A DNA stretch of 64,000 nucleotides, taken from Lama glama. Taxonomy: Eukaryota. The first letter of the stretch is position 1. Each line of letters begins with the position of its first letter. Under the pieces are notes generated by a model. It was not told the origin of the DNA, made no database searches, and worked only from the letters and a program-made list of their open reading frames with translations. Shown piece after piece: positions 62,322-64,000 of this stretch. The DNA is taken from the NCBI GenBank assembly GCA_028534125.1, contig CM052816.1:81656001-81720000 (forward strand). Reading direction: 5' to 3'. Position numbers and translations under genes: made by a program.

Positions 62322-64000
62322 CTCAAAGTATTCATAAGATTTCCAAGTAGCGGGCCATTAAAATCAGTCAAGCCTACTGACTCCACTCAGTGAATGATTT
62401 AGTGGTAAGAGAAGGTCTGTCATCAACAATCGGCTACTGACTACCCTGTGTGCGAGCTACTATAACTGTGCTTGGAAAAACACTCACCCCCTTTGCCTCC
62501 CAAAATAATTAACATGTTTTATGGAGTGTCAACCAGCAAATTAGCAGTTAAGCCCACAAGGAGACCACTACCTTGACAACCCAACCCTCTTTTCTCGTTG
62601 AGGAAAGCTTCCATGGGCACTATCTGCTCCCTCCAAATCCCCCTGCTCTAATTGGACCACAACAGCCGCACCCCTGGAACCCAGGCTTGGAAACTAGGGT
62701 TGTTTCCCTCGGATGTGCCCCCAAACACCCATGTGTGTGTGAGGTTAATCCCACTTCCTCTGCCCTTCAGCCAAGCAGCCTCTAAAAGCTACGTGTGGCC
62801 CCCAGGAGGCCAATCCATTTTATTTTTCCTTTAGAAAAATCTTAAAAAAAAAAAACAACATAAAATTGATGGCTGAAACCAAAGAGGAGAAAGTTCTGAA
62901 ACAGCACATGTGCCCACACCCCTCTGCCTGTGTGCCGTGGCAATCTCGACTCTGTCCTCCTAACTGGCAGTTCTCTGTACAGCTATACTCAGTTTTCTCA
63001 GAGTCCTGTGGAAAAATCAGCCCCATTGTTCCCAAAGAACAATGCACAGCTGATAATAAGTGCAGTGAGACCAGGGAGGCGGACTCCGCAGATCTCAGGA
63101 ACGGTACTTTTCTGCTGTTAAAATGGTTCTGATTGGGAAAGCTGCCATCTCGGTAGCCATCCTCCATCCTCCCGTCTGCCTCTCCATCTCAAAAAGCAAA
63201 ATGAAACAAAATAGTGAGTGTGGATGAGTGAAAACTGCTCACAGACTCCTGATGTGGTCCCTCCACCAATGCCCCAAGCCCCTCCTCCGGAGACAGTGTC
63301 TCCAGGAAACCAAATTTGCTCCAAGCATTTCTGAGGTGAGAGTCACTTTCCTAACACAATCCCTATTCTGCCACTAGCTCTGCGCTCACCGCACACAATG
63401 TGTGTGTGTGTGTGAGATCTGCTTTGGACTACTGAGAGCCTAGCAAGTCCCTCCTTAAAACATCCACCCTTTAGTGGACTTGTAGGATTTCCAGAATGTA
63501 TCAGTGGTCAGTACACAGAAATCCAAAGTAAGAGTGAGTCCAGCTCATATCAAAGCTTAAAGGACTAGACGCAGAAGGAACACGCCCGCCTAAGCAGTCC
63601 CCAGGCTGCAGCCTGGCATGAAGTCTTGCCCCCTGTAAGTGTTCAGGCGACCCTGGCAGGACCTACTTGATGCATTAGTACCTCTGGACTTGGTGTGGGG
63701 GAGTCACTCGGCCCAAATCCAAGAACTCAACTCCACCCAAGGCACAAGGGCCAGGGATGTGGCAAAGGTCCCGGGACACGGGCCTGAGCTTCACAGCATC
63801 CTTCACAGAAGCAGTTTCCTGCAGGGTGTGCGCTGGTCCCCGGCCAACCCACGTTCTCAGAAGGGTGGAAGGGCAGAGGGAGGAATTTCTCCAGCTGGCA
63901 GACCCTCAAGGCGGGAAGGGAAAGGAAGGGAGTCGGGGCCACGAGCTGGGCGGGCTGGGAGGAAGAAGGCGGGGCAGGGAAGGAAGAGGCCCTCCGGAGG

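Larger units (their letters stand above)
1561..64000 (-). other. PDZD2: Part of the large PDZD2 intron upstream of the exon
   Basis: No other PDZD2-like peptide appears in the ORF track and the sequence is repeat-rich and non-coding. PDZD2 is known to have a very long intron before this exon. Short or non-coding alternative exons cannot be excluded. Confidence 0.8.

Overview
This is mammalian genomic DNA, most likely camelid, because it carries three copies of a tRNA-derived SINE resembling the camelid Vic-1 family and I recognised no ruminant, pig or primate SINEs. The only supportable coding sequence is one 502-bp internal exon of PDZD2 on the minus strand (1059-1560), with canonical AG/GT boundaries. 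Bases 1-1058 are the downstream intron and 1561-64000 appear to be part of the large upstream intron. That intron holds decayed L1, L2, L3, MIR, LTR and DNA-transposon remnants, microsatellites and one 500-N assembly gap. All other ORFs in the track look like noise. I found no convincing new biological system. The most notable observations are: (1) a perfect 51-bp copy of nearby sequence pasted into an old L2 element 1,420 bp away; (2) the likely orthologous site of the human MIR4279 annotation, with conserved flanks but no canonical pre-miRNA; (3) a 4 x 8-aa repeat in the PDZD2 exon; (4) several insertions with intact target-site duplications (TSDs). Repeat family names and human comparisons are from memory of consensus sequences, not from a search. 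Boundaries of old repeats are approximate.
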